A DNA stretch of 64,000 bases from assembly GCA_963702995.1 (NCBI GenBank), contig OY969783.1, positions 4,457,122 through 4,521,121 on the forward strand, in the 5' to 3' direction. Below the pieces are notes generated by a model. That model made no database searches. It saw nothing but the letters and a program-made list of their open reading frames with translations, and had not been told where the DNA came from. Below, one piece after another: positions 39,707 to 49,464 of the stretch. Position numbers and translations under genes: made by a program. This DNA comes from Tepidisphaeraceae bacterium. GTDB taxonomy: Bacteria; Planctomycetota; Phycisphaerae; Tepidisphaerales; Tepidisphaeraceae. Numbering within the stretch: position 1 is the stretch's first letter; every line of letters starts with the position of its first letter.

Positions 39707-41137
39707 TTAAGTATGCCGCAGCTTGTTCAGCCCATTCAAGGCCGCCACTTTGTACGCCTCGGCCAGCGTGGGGAAGTTGAAGACGCTGTTGATGAAATAG
39801 TCCAGCGTGCCGCCGAGCGCCATCACCGCCTGGCCGATGTGGATCAACTCTGTCGCGCCGGTGCCGATGGCGTGGACGCCGAGGATGCGCAGGTCATCCT
39901 GGTGGATCAGGAGCTTGAGCATGCCGGTGTCGTCGCCGAGGAGCTGGCCGCGGGCGAGCTCCTTGTACTGGGCGACGCCCGCCTCGTACGGGATGCCGGC
40001 CTCGGTGAGCTGGTCTTCGGTCTTGCCGACCATGCTGATCTCCGGGATCGCGTAGATGCCGTAAGGGAACAGCTCGGGCAACGACCGCGTCGGGACGCCG
40101 AACGCGTGGCAGACCGCGAGCCGCCCCTGTTCCATCGCGGTGCTCGCCAGGGCCGGGAAACCGATCACGTCGCCGACGGCGTAGATGTGCGGGACTTCCG
40201 TCTGGTAATGCTCGTTGACGCGGAGGCGCTCGCGGTCATCGGCCTTCAAACCGGCCTTGTCGAGGCGGAGGGCGCCGGTGGTCCCCTGGCGGCCGACGGC
40301 GTACAGCAGCGCCTGCGCCCGCAGGTGCTTGCCGGATTCCAGCGTCGCCTGGACGAGTGGCCCCGAATCGTTCGCGATCAGGCCGCCCGTCGCCATCTTG
40401 TCGGGGCTCAGCCGCTCGATCTTGGCCACTTTCTCGCCGAGACGGAGGGTGATCCCCTCGCGCCGCATGTGGTACTGGAACGCCTCGGTGATTTCATGGT
40501 CGAGGAAGCCCAGCACGGCGGGGCGACCCTCGACGAGGGTCACTTTCACGCCCAGCGCCGCCAGCATGCAGGCGTACTCCACGCCGATGACGCCGCCGCC
40601 GACGATAATCAGTGTCTTGGGGATCTGCTCGAGCTTGAGCAGCCCATCCGACGTAAAGACGGTTTTGTCGTCAAACGGCACGCTCGCCGGCATGGCGGGG
40701 CGGGTGCCGGTGGCGATGACGAAGACGCCGGCGCTGATCACTTCGAAATCGTCGGGGCGGTCGATGTAGACGATCGAATCCTCGTCAAACCGCGCGGAGC
40801 CCCAGATTAATTCCACGTTATTGCGGTGAAGCTGGTCGCGGATGATCGCCAGTTCGTGATCGATCACTTGCCGGCTGATGTAAATCAGGTCGGCCAGGGT
40901 GATCTTGGTCTTGGTGCGGGCCGCCTCGCCGAAGAGGCCGCGGCGGCTGATGCCGGTGAGATGGAGGACCGCCTCCCTCAGCGCCTTGCTGGGGATGGTG
41001 CCGGTGTTGATCGACGCGCCGCCCAGCACGTTGCTCTTCTCAATCAGGGCGACCTTCTTGCCCAGCTTGGCGCCCTGGATCGCGGCCTTCTGGCCCGCCG
41101 GGCCCGAGCCGATGATCGCCAAATCAAAAGTCCTCAT
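39707..41137 (-). CDS. sthA: soluble pyridine nucleotide transhydrogenase (Si-specific)
   Basis: FAD motif FDLAIIGSGPAG, GGASINTGTIPSK, second dinucleotide fold, C-terminal NSVFNFPTLAEAYKVAALNGLNKL. Start ATG 41137. Confidence 0.85.
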   Translation of the reverse strand: MRTFDLAIIGSGPAGQKAAIQGAKLGKKVALIEKSNVLGGASINTGTIPSKALREAVLHLTGISRRGLFGEAARTKTKITLADLIYISRQVIDHELAIIRDQLHRNNVELIWGSARFDEDSIVYIDRPDDFEVISAGVFVIATGTRPAMPASVPFDDKTVFTSDGLLKLEQIPKTLIIVGGGVIGVEYACMLAALGVKVTLVEGRPAVLGFLDHEITEAFQYHMRREGITLRLGEKVAKIERLSPDKMATGGLIANDSGPLVQATLESGKHLRAQALLYAVGRQGTTGALRLDKAGLKADDRERLRVNEHYQTEVPHIYAVGDVIGFPALASTAMEQGRLAVCHAFGVPTRSLPELFPYGIYAIPEISMVGKTEDQLTEAGIPYEAGVAQYKELARGQLLGDDTGMLKLLIHQDDLRILGVHAIGTGATELIHIGQAVMALGGTLDYFINSVFNFPTLAEAYKVAALNGLNKLRHT

Positions 41138-41439
41138 GCGGCGTTCCGCCCTTCCTGGAATAGCTGAATTGGTTCGGTTCTGCGTGTGGCGGGGTTGGTT
41201 CAATCCACTGTTTCGATCGTGCCACCCGGCAGGAGCGCTGGCTGCCGGCCGACGGATCATACACCGGGCGATTGGCGTTGCACACGGGCTACTCGGCCCA
41301 AACGGCTTAAAAGCGCCGGGTGCATAAGCCGCTTCGCCGCTCACGGCGGCTTGCGACGGGGCGGCCGGTCGTCGGTCGGAATCGTTTTCACGATTTATGA
41401 AGCCGCTGTCCGTGCCAGCGCCAGGGGTATGATCCGCCG

Positions 41440-43069
41440 ATGACCACAACCGCCGCGCCGCACCCCAGCCCGCAGAAAACTGACGGATCGTTCGATCCCG
41501 GCTCAATGCCGCCCGCGGCGGCTTCGCATGCGGTGGTGATCGGCGCCGGCTTCGGCGGCCTGGCGGCCGCTCTGCGGCTGCGCGCCCGCGGGTACTCCGT
41601 CACGCTGATCGACAAGCAGGATAAGCTCGGCGGCCGCGGCTACGCCTATCACCGCAACGGCTTCACCTTCGACGCCGGCCCGACCGTCGTCACCGCGCAT
41701 TTCCTGTTCGACGAACTCTTCGCCCTCTTCGGCAAGCGCCGCGAAAGCTATATCCACTTTGTGCCGGTTTACCCGTGGTATCGCATCCAGTTCGAGGATC
41801 GCTCGACGTTCGATTACGGCGGCACGCTCGAACAGACGCTCGCCGAGATCAACCGGATCGACCCCACCGGCCACGATGCCGAGGGCTACCTCAAGCTGCT
41901 CGCCCATACCCGCGGGATATTCGATGTCGGCTTCACCCAACTGGGGGACAAGCCCTTCGGGACGGTCTGGTCGATGCTCCGCTGCGCCGGCCCTGATGCG
42001 CCTGGGCAACTGGCGAACCGTCTGGCAGATGGCCTGCAAATATATCCGAAGCGAGAAGCTGCGCCGGGTCTTCAGCTTTCAACCGCTGCTCGTCGGGGGG
42101 AACCCGTTCCACACGACGTCGATCTACTCGCTCATCCAATACCTCGAGCGGGAATGGGGCGTGCATTTTGCCATGGGTGGCACCGGGGCGATCGTCGATG
42201 GGTTGCGCCGTTTATTGGAGGAAGAGGGCGTCATCATCCGTCTCGGCGCCGAGGCCAAGCGGATCGATGTGGCGACGGGGGACGGCTCTCCCACGGGTCG
42301 CCGCGTGACGGGGGTGAGCCTGAAGGGTGGCGAGACGCTTCCGTGCGACCTTGTCGTCTGCAATGCCGATGCGCCGGCCGCGTATCGCAATCTGCTCGCG
42401 CCCGACGCCCGCCCAAAGTGGCCCGACCGCAAGATCGACAAGCTCAAGTACTCGATGGGGCTCTTTGTCCTCTACTTCGGCACCACGCGCCAGTATCCGG
42501 GCGTGGCCCATCACACGATCATCCTCGGGGAGAAATACGGGCAGTTATTGAAGGAGATGTTCGACCTCAAGCAGATCGAGATGGCCGACCTGTCGGTCTA
42601 CCTTCATCGCCCGACGGCGACCGATCCTTCCATGGCGCCGGTCGGCTGCGACAGCTTTTATGTGCTCGTGCCGGTGCCGAACCTGCAAGGGGGGCAGGAC
42701 TGGTCAACCTTGGGCCCACGATATCGGGACGTGGTGGTCAATTATCTCGAGCGTACGCACCTTCCCGGCCTGCGCGGCTGCATCACCGAGGACTTCTACG
42801 TCACCCCGGTCCATTTTCGGGACAACCTGAACACGCTCCACGGCACGGGCTTCAGTATCCAGCCGACGTTTGACCAGTCGGCGTGGTTTCGCTTCCACAA
42901 CAAGAGCGATGAAGTCGATGGGCTGTACTTTGTCGGCGCCGGCACGCACCCCGGCGCGGGGATGCCGGGGGTGCTCTGCTCCGCCAAGGTGCTGGAGCAC
43001 GTGTTGCCGCCGGCGCCCGCGAACGCTGCCGCGGCGCCTGCGACTTCTACTGCGGCAACGCGCCGTTGA
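41440..43069 (+). CDS. crtI: phytoene desaturase family (CrtI-like) FAD-dependent oxidoreductase; frameshifted at about 41981-41995
   Basis: N-terminal VVIGAGFGGLAAALRL. After SMLRCA the conserved ALMRLGNWRTVWQ...FSFQPLLVGGNPFHTTSIYSLIQYLEREWGVHFAMGGTGA... continues in the +1 frame to 43069. Confidence 0.75.
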
Positions 43070-44195
43070 CCTTGCGGATGTACGCAACCTCGGCCGGGTC
43101 GAATGGAGTGCCGTCCGCACGGAAGATGTCGTGAAACCAGACCTTCGGCTCGGCCGTGTAGGTGTGCTGCCACGAATCCCACGGATAGATCGTCTGCGTC
43201 TTGCCTGAGACGAAGCCCCAGTTGAACGCCCCGACCTTCTGGTCTTTCAGATACCCCAGGACCGGGTCGAAGTGGCTCCCCTGCGGGCGTGCCATGTATT
43301 CGGTGCAGATCAGCGGGCGGCCGTAGCGGCGGAGGGACTCCACGCGGCGCCGCGTCTCCTCCAGGCTCGCGTACATGTGGAAGCTGATCACGTCCGTCTG
43401 CTCGATCTGCACCCGCTGGATCGGCGTGAGCTTGTTCGGGTCGTTCCAGTCGCCCGTCCAGACGGCCGACGTCAGCGGCTGGCTCGCGCCGGCTTCGCGG
43501 GCCCACGTGAACGCCGCCTTGAGCAGGGGCAGGGTGAGATCGAGCTTGTCCGCCGGCTCCTGCTTCAGATTCTTGGGGCCATAGCTGTTGTCGTTCAGGT
43601 TGTCCGGCTCGTTGTAGACGTCCCAGACGACCACCCGCTTGTCATCCTTGAAGCGGCCGACGACCCCTTTCACGTACGCCTGGAGGGCTTCCCGCCTGGC
43701 TGGGTCTTTGAGTTTTTCGGCCCCTGGGCTTTGCACCCAGCCGGAGTTGTGAACCCCCGGCCGCGGGGCGCGCTGCGCGCCCAGCTTGGGGAAAGGGTCC
43801 CAGCAACTGTCGAACAGGACGAACATCACGCGGACCTGGTGCTTGTCGGCGATCGCGAGGAACTGGTCGATTCGCTCCAGGTAACTTTTTGAATCCTGGT
43901 CCCACGGGAGGTCGTGCAGGAAGACGCGGACGCAGTTGAAGCTCAGGCCGTGGGCCCAACCGAGTTCCCGGTCGATCGTGGTTGGGTCAAAAGACTCAGC
44001 CTGCCACATCTCCAGCTCATTAATCGCGGTGCTCGGGGAGAAATTGGCGCCGACGAGCCAGGGCGTTTGGCCTGCCCAGGCGTGCGCCTGATCGGGCGAC
44101 CAGGCCGCGTCGGCCCGAGCGCCGGCGGCCCGGAGCGCCATGGTGACCAGGACGGCGAGGATAGAGACGGAGAATCCGTGTCGCGGCAGGTTCAT
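43047..44195 (-). CDS. secreted glycoside hydrolase family 5-like protein
   Basis: Signal peptide; VVVWDVYNEP (acid/base NEP); ICTEYM (nucleophile Glu). Start ATG 44195. Confidence 0.75.
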   Translation of the reverse strand: MNLPRHGFSVSILAVLVTMALRAAGARADAAWSPDQAHAWAGQTPWLVGANFSPSTAINELEMWQAESFDPTTIDRELGWAHGLSFNCVRVFLHDLPWDQDSKSYLERIDQFLAIADKHQVRVMFVLFDSCWDPFPKLGAQRAPRPGVHNSGWVQSPGAEKLKDPARREALQAYVKGVVGRFKDDKRVVVWDVYNEPDNLNDNSYGPKNLKQEPADKLDLTLPLLKAAFTWAREAGASQPLTSAVWTGDWNDPNKLTPIQRVQIEQTDVISFHMYASLEETRRRVESLRRYGRPLICTEYMARPQGSHFDPVLGYLKDQKVGAFNWGFVSGKTQTIYPWDSWQHTYTAEPKVWFHDIFRADGTPFDPAEVAYIRKVNGALPQ

Positions 44196-44294
44196 GGGAG
44201 GTGCTCCTTGTGACTCGACCCGTCACCAGAGAGTACAACCGCTTCGGGGCCCACCGACAAGGGCCTTTCGCTCCCCCCTCCCCGTGCCGTGGCC

Positions 44295-44350
44295 GCTGGG
44301 ACGCACAAAACAAAAATAGAAAAAGGCCGCACGGTGGAGGGTTTTACCGT
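44295..44350 (-). terminator. intrinsic terminator (minus orientation) in the 580-nt spacer
   Basis: GGCCGCACGGTggagggttttACCGTGCGGCC, 11-bp perfect stem. On the minus strand it is followed by TTTTTCTATTTTTGTTTTG. Confidence 0.45.
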
Positions 44351-44439
44351 GCGGCCTGGCGGAGGAGGAAACGAGGCTCGATAACTCCCGGAAAATACCG
44401 GGCTCATTGTTTTTAATCCGACGTCACCGTTGGCAGAAA

Positions 44440-44476
44440 AGCGGCTCAAGCCGCAAGCACCTTTTTCAATTGCTCG
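44440..44476 (+). terminator. intrinsic terminator (plus orientation) in the same spacer
   Basis: GCGGCTcaaGCCGC followed by AAGCACCTTTTT. Confidence 0.35.
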
Positions 44477-44783
44477 GGTGTTACATCGCGTGGCCAATAA
44501 CAAAGGTTGTGCCGGAATGATCGTCGGATGTTGCCGCCGCGGCCGTCACCGCCCGCATGTCTGCTACAATCCGTCACTTCCAGCCTGTGCCCGAAATCTG
44601 CTTAGCAGTAAAACGATAACGCGGAACGGAAAACAGCGATGGATCCGGAAGCACTGGCGGGCAATTTCAGGCGGACCTGCACGCCGAGCGCGCAGTCGAT
44701 GCCGACCCTCCGTCAAAGTAAATTGAGGGTGGGCCATTGGGTCGCCGTGCCTCTGCGGCATCTGGCGTTTCCCCATTCCACGC

Positions 44784-45371
44784 ATGCCGACACTCGTTGA
44801 CTATTCCGACGTGCTCAATCGCCTGACCGGCCAGGGGTTCCGGTCGCTCTACTACAACAGCGGGGCGTTCGGGTTGCCGGAGGCGGCCGATGCGCTGTCG
44901 ATCGGGTGGGTCGGCCCGCCCGACCCGACGATCCGGCCGGCCGCCCGTGCTCTGGCACGCCAGGTCGCTGCGCCTTTCGAGAGGACGCTGGCCACGCTGA
45001 CCTGCCAGGTCTGGCTCGAAGCGCTCCCCGGAAGGATCTGGCTGCTTCCGAAAAGCCACTGGGCGTACGAACTGGAGTTTGGCAGTCACGCGTGGCTCGG
45101 GGCGGCCCTCGAGGCTTCGGGCCTCCGCCGGACCTCGGTTGATTTGCTGGCGACGCGGCATGACGGGTCTGCGCTTTCGTTTGAAGGGGAAGAATATCTC
45201 CAGGTGGAAACGCTCCTTGTCGCTTTGCTTACAAATCTCGCAGGCAGCGACTTTCAGTTGGTCTGGCCGGGGCGGCCAGTGGTCTGCACGATCCATCACC
45301 ACAAGCAGGTCTGGTGGACATCGTCGAACCGAGCGATTTTCGACCTGATCGGTGGATTCGTCCCCAAATGA
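44784..45371 (+). CDS. hypothetical protein
   Basis: 195-aa ORF with ordinary composition; no motif recognised. Confidence 0.3.
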   Translation: MPTLVDYSDVLNRLTGQGFRSLYYNSGAFGLPEAADALSIGWVGPPDPTIRPAARALARQVAAPFERTLATLTCQVWLEALPGRIWLLPKSHWAYELEFGSHAWLGAALEASGLRRTSVDLLATRHDGSALSFEGEEYLQVETLLVALLTNLAGSDFQLVWPGRPVVCTIHHHKQVWWTSSNRAIFDLIGGFVPK

Positions 45372-45485
45372 CGGTCGCCGCCGATCCCGGTCGTTCGCGG
45401 GCGGGACATTTTCCGGGGCAGGGGCAGGTGGCATGCGGTTGCATGGCAGTCGCTCGCCGATGTAGAGGCGGTACGATACCTACCT

Positions 45486-46450
45486 ATGGACCACGACCGC
45501 CTGTTCAAGCTGCTCTTGCGGACGTTCTTTCGCGAGTTCCTGTTCCTGTTCCTGCCGGCGATCGCCGAGTCCATTGACCCGGCGAGCCTGGAGTTCCTCG
45601 ACAAGGAAGTCTTCACCGACCTGACGGCCGGCGAGCGGCATGAGGTGGATCTGCTGGTGAAGTGCCGCTTTCGGGAACCGGGCTAAGAAGCCGCGTTCTT
45701 CCTGTTGCACGTCGAGACGCAGGCGTCGGCGCAGGGGGACTTCGGGGCCGGATGTTCCGGTATTTCGCGCGACTGACCGAAAAGCACGCGCTGCGGGTCT
45801 ATCCGATCGCGTTGTTCACCTACGACGCTCCCTTGCGTGCCGAGCCGGAGACGTACGACGTGCGGTTCCCGGACCTGGATGTCCTGTCGTTCCGGTTCCG
45901 GGCGATCCAGCTCAATCGACTGGCGTGGCGGGACTTCGTCCGCCAGCCCAACCCGGTGGCTGCGGCGTTGATGACCCGAATGCAAATCGCCCCCGCCGAT
46001 CGGCCGCGGGTGAAGCTGGAGTGCTTGCGTCTCATGGCGACGTTGAAGCTGGACCGGGCGCGCCAGGCGTTGATCCGCGACTTCATGGATGCATATCTCC
46101 GCTTGAGTGCGGCCGAGCTAACGGTGTACGATCGGGAGGTCGAGACGCTGGACCCACCGGAACAGGAGTCTGTCATGCAGATCGTCAATGAATGGGAGGC
46201 GCGGGGTGAGGCACGGGGCGAGGCGCGGGGCGAGGCGCGGGGTGAGGCGCGGGGCGTAGCGCGGGGCATGCGTCAGGGCCAAGCCGCCCTCGTTCTTCGA
46301 GCGCTGGGCCGGAAGGTGGGTGAACTGGCGCCGCCCGTCCGAAATCAGATCGAGGCACTACCCGACGAAAAACTGGATCTGCTGCTCGATGCGATGCCGA
46401 GCTTTGCCAAGGAGTCCGATGTTGAGGAGTGGCTCTCCTCGGCCGTGTGA
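45486..46450 (+). pseudogene. Rpn/YhgA-like recombination-promoting nuclease (PD-(D/E)xK putative transposase), disrupted by an in-frame TAA and a frameshift
   Basis: MDHDRLFKLLLRTFFREFLFLFLP...HEVDLLVKCRF then TAA at 45684-45686. The same frame continues EAAFFLLHVETQASAQGDFGA. The next frame gives RMFRYFARLTEKHALRVYPIALFTYDAP... Contains a 12-nt in-frame tandem repeat (EARG x6). Confidence 0.7.
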
Positions 46451-46821
46451 AACGTATTTAGCAATCCATGTGGCCATTCGTGGGCTTTGGTCGGGCACAT
46501 CCTGCCGGGCGGATCGAAGCCATGGCGACCGTCGCCGCGCCGTCCGACATCGACCTATGCCTCGTTTCGGCGGGTTGCATCACGCAGTCAGCCCGTTCGA
46601 GCTGCTCGCCCGTAAGGTTCAATTCGACAATGCTGCCGGCCTGTGACCCTTGGCGGAGGCGCGTCGCCGCCTTTGGGGGGCCGCTCCAAGATCTGGACGG
46701 ATTGGAACGTCCCTGTCGTGGGTGAGATGGTGGCGCGCCGATAAAGATCGCCACGGTATCACCCGCTTTGAAGCGTCCCGAATCTTGACAACTGCCTTCG
46801 ATCTCGTGGATTATCGATCGA

Positions 46822-47652
46822 ATGAGCAAGGCCGTGGTTCTGCAGCACGTGGCCCATCAGGGCCCTGGGCGCATCGTCCCCATGTTTCGAGACCTCGGCA
46901 TCCCTGTCGAGGTGCGTCACCTTTACAAAGGGGACGAAGTCCCGACCGACCTGGATGAAATTCGAGCGTTGATCGTTCTTGGCGGGCCGCTCAGCGTGAC
47001 GGACGTCGGCGGTGACAAGCACCCCTTCCTGACGAAAGAAGTCGAGCTGCTTCAGCGGCTCGTGAAGCGCGACAAGCCGGTGCTCGGGATCTGCTTCGGT
47101 GCCCAGTTGCTTGCCCACGCCGCGGGCGCGAAGGTTCACCCGAACGTGAAGATGGGCCCGCCGCCGAGCCCTGGCCAGCCGCCGCAACCGCTCGAACCTG
47201 TGCAGCCGCTGCCCGAGTACGGGTGGTATCCCGTCACGTTCCCGTTCCCCGGCGGGACCGAGCCGATCGTCTTCGGCATGACCGACGGCGCGCCGATGTT
47301 CCACTGGCATTCGGAGGCGTTCGACCTGCCGCGCCTTGCGCCGCCGCCGAACGCGCCGCCTCCGCCCGCGCCGCCCCCGGCGGCCGGGAACGCGCTGCTG
47401 AGCAGCAGCAAACTCTGCAAGAACCAGGCGTACCGATTCAAGACTCGGCTGTTTGGCTTCCAGTACCACATCGAGCTTGCCGAAGCCGACATCGAGAAGA
47501 TGCTCGCCGCCGGCAAGGAGGACCTGCAAAAGGCCCTGGGCCCTGGAGCGGACCTCAAGATTCGGGAAGAGACTCAACGGAATTACCCCCGGTACGCCCG
47601 GCTCGGCGACCGGATCCTCGGGAACTTCGTTCAGTTCTTAAAAGTGTACTGA
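46822..47652 (+). CDS. class I glutamine amidotransferase-like protein
   Basis: GATase1 nucleophile elbow LGICFGAQLL and His/Glu region; proline-rich insertion. Confidence 0.8.
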   Translation: MSKAVVLQHVAHQGPGRIVPMFRDLGIPVEVRHLYKGDEVPTDLDEIRALIVLGGPLSVTDVGGDKHPFLTKEVELLQRLVKRDKPVLGICFGAQLLAHAAGAKVHPNVKMGPPPSPGQPPQPLEPVQPLPEYGWYPVTFPFPGGTEPIVFGMTDGAPMFHWHSEAFDLPRLAPPPNAPPPPAPPPAAGNALLSSSKLCKNQAYRFKTRLFGFQYHIELAEADIEKMLAAGKEDLQKALGPGADLKIREETQRNYPRYARLGDRILGNFVQFLKVY

Positions 47653-47820
47653 TCGCTACCGGGCGTCCCCTGCGACGCTCTCTGACCTGACGGCATGGCA
47701 TAGCTCTTGTTAATCAGCGCGCAAGGCGCATGAGCCGCGTCATGCAAGGCGCCTCTCCGCTCGCGCTCGCCCGTCTTGGGCCGGCCGGGTGCGGGTGCCT
47801 GCTTGTTTTTTTTGTTGATC

Positions 47821-49290
47821 ATGGGCCTTATTGACCATCTTCGCCGCTATCGGCACAAGAAACTTGTGCGCCCCTGGGCGTTGTCCGCGCCGATCCTCGT
47901 CCTGGTGGTCGCGTTGCCGATGTTGCGGCCGCTGCGTCACCCAGACCCGCTGCGGCTCAGCGATGAAGAATCGGCCCGGCTCGCGACGGTCCAGGCGATC
48001 GTCGAGCAGAAGACCCTCTCCATCCGCTGGACCGATTTCAGCGGCACCCACCGCAAATTCGAGCACGGCGGCGAGCTGTATAGCGACCAGCCGCCGATGA
48101 TGGCCGCGATGCTCAGCGTGGCCTACCGCGTCATGTACCGGTCGGGGCTGAACTTCGCGCACGACTCCGCGAAGGTGATATACCTTTTGACGCTCCTGGG
48201 CGTGACGGTCCCCGCGGCATGCGCCGCCGGACTGATTTATCGGATGGGCCGGCTATTCGAACTCAAGCGGCCGCTCCGCGCCGCGCTTGCGGCGTCATGC
48301 GTCCTGGGGACGGGGCTGCTTAGCTATGCGACAGTCCTGAACCCCCACGTGCCTGCGGCGACCTTCGTGCTCGCTTCGGCCGCTTGCCTCGTTCACCTGA
48401 CGATCGCCCGCCGGCGGCCGATCGTCCCCGTCTGGCTCGCGGCGTCGGGCGCGTGCGCCGCGATGGCCGCCACGATCGATCAGACGGCGCTCCCATTCCT
48501 GTTCCTCTTCCCCGCCGTCGTTCTGGCGATGCGATGGCGGCCGACAGCGCGCCTCGGCGGCGCCCTGCTATACGCGATCGGCGCCATCGGCCCGATCGTG
48601 CTGCACGCGAGCCTGACGCTCGGCGTGACCGGCGATTTCTGGCAAGGGGGATGGAAATCGGCCTCGAACCGCGCGGCGCAGGTGGATCCCGGCGGCTGGG
48701 GCGGCTCGGGCTTGGCGCAGAGGCCTCATGCCGACGCCGTGACGACCCCGAGCGACGATGACGACGATGAGTCGCCGGCGTTCTGGCACGCCACCGGCCG
48801 CACGATGACCCGGATCCTGGCGGCGTTGGTGGGGGAGCATGGCCTGCTGAGCCATTTCCCCATCCTCGTGTTCGGCGTCGCCGGCGGGTCGATGATTATG
48901 CACCGACACTGGCCCAGCTCGGCGAAGGTCCTCGCCTGGGCGACGGTCGCAGGGGCGGTGTTCCTGGTGATCGCGTACGGCGCGCACCTTAAGGACGGTC
49001 GCCAATGGCGGGATGCGATGTTCGCGTCGCGATGGTTCATCGTTTTTGGTCCGCTGCTGCTCTTCTGGGCGGGTGCGTGGCTGCGGCGCCCGCATCGGCC
49101 GTGGCAGTGGGCGATCGCTGGGTTGGCGCTCGCCTTCAGCCTGACGGTCAACCTGATCGGGGCGACCAACCCGCTTCCGGCCAACGGCTTTGGCGAGCAT
49201 TACGCCTACACGGCCGCCGACGCCCTGGCCGAGATCATCCACCCGAGCCAGGCGGCTCACGCCGGCACGTCGGTCGCCGAAGGCCGCTGA
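47821..49290 (+). CDS. polytopic membrane protein, GT39/ArnT/PMT_2-like glycosyltransferase (tentative)
   Basis: About 11 TM segments; DQPPMM motif in the first loop, reminiscent of ArnT/PMT family. Start MGLIDH at 47821, preceded by a T8 run. Confidence 0.45.
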   Translation: MGLIDHLRRYRHKKLVRPWALSAPILVLVVALPMLRPLRHPDPLRLSDEESARLATVQAIVEQKTLSIRWTDFSGTHRKFEHGGELYSDQPPMMAAMLSVAYRVMYRSGLNFAHDSAKVIYLLTLLGVTVPAACAAGLIYRMGRLFELKRPLRAALAASCVLGTGLLSYATVLNPHVPAATFVLASAACLVHLTIARRRPIVPVWLAASGACAAMAATIDQTALPFLFLFPAVVLAMRWRPTARLGGALLYAIGAIGPIVLHASLTLGVTGDFWQGGWKSASNRAAQVDPGGWGGSGLAQRPHADAVTTPSDDDDDESPAFWHATGRTMTRILAALVGEHGLLSHFPILVFGVAGGSMIMHRHWPSSAKVLAWATVAGAVFLVIAYGAHLKDGRQWRDAMFASRWFIVFGPLLLFWAGAWLRRPHRPWQWAIAGLALAFSLTVNLIGATNPLPANGFGEHYAYTAADALAEIIHPSQAAHAGTSVAEGR

Positions 49291-49464
49291 AGCGACTTCG
49301 GGCGGCTCGCGGCGTTGCTCCGCCTGCCCCTTTTCCCGCCAGGTAACCCTCGCCTTTCATTGGGACGATGACACGAATGCGACGTCATGTCGCCCGTGTT
49401 GCGGCCTCCGTTGTCGGAGCGTTTTGCCACGGACCGATAACACCGCCTCGGCCCTGGAGTCGTA

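Noticed and set aside
46190-46265. EARG x6 tandem repeat as an independent repeat element
   Set aside because: It is in-frame within the Rpn-family gene C-terminal region and is best treated as an intragenic microsatellite.
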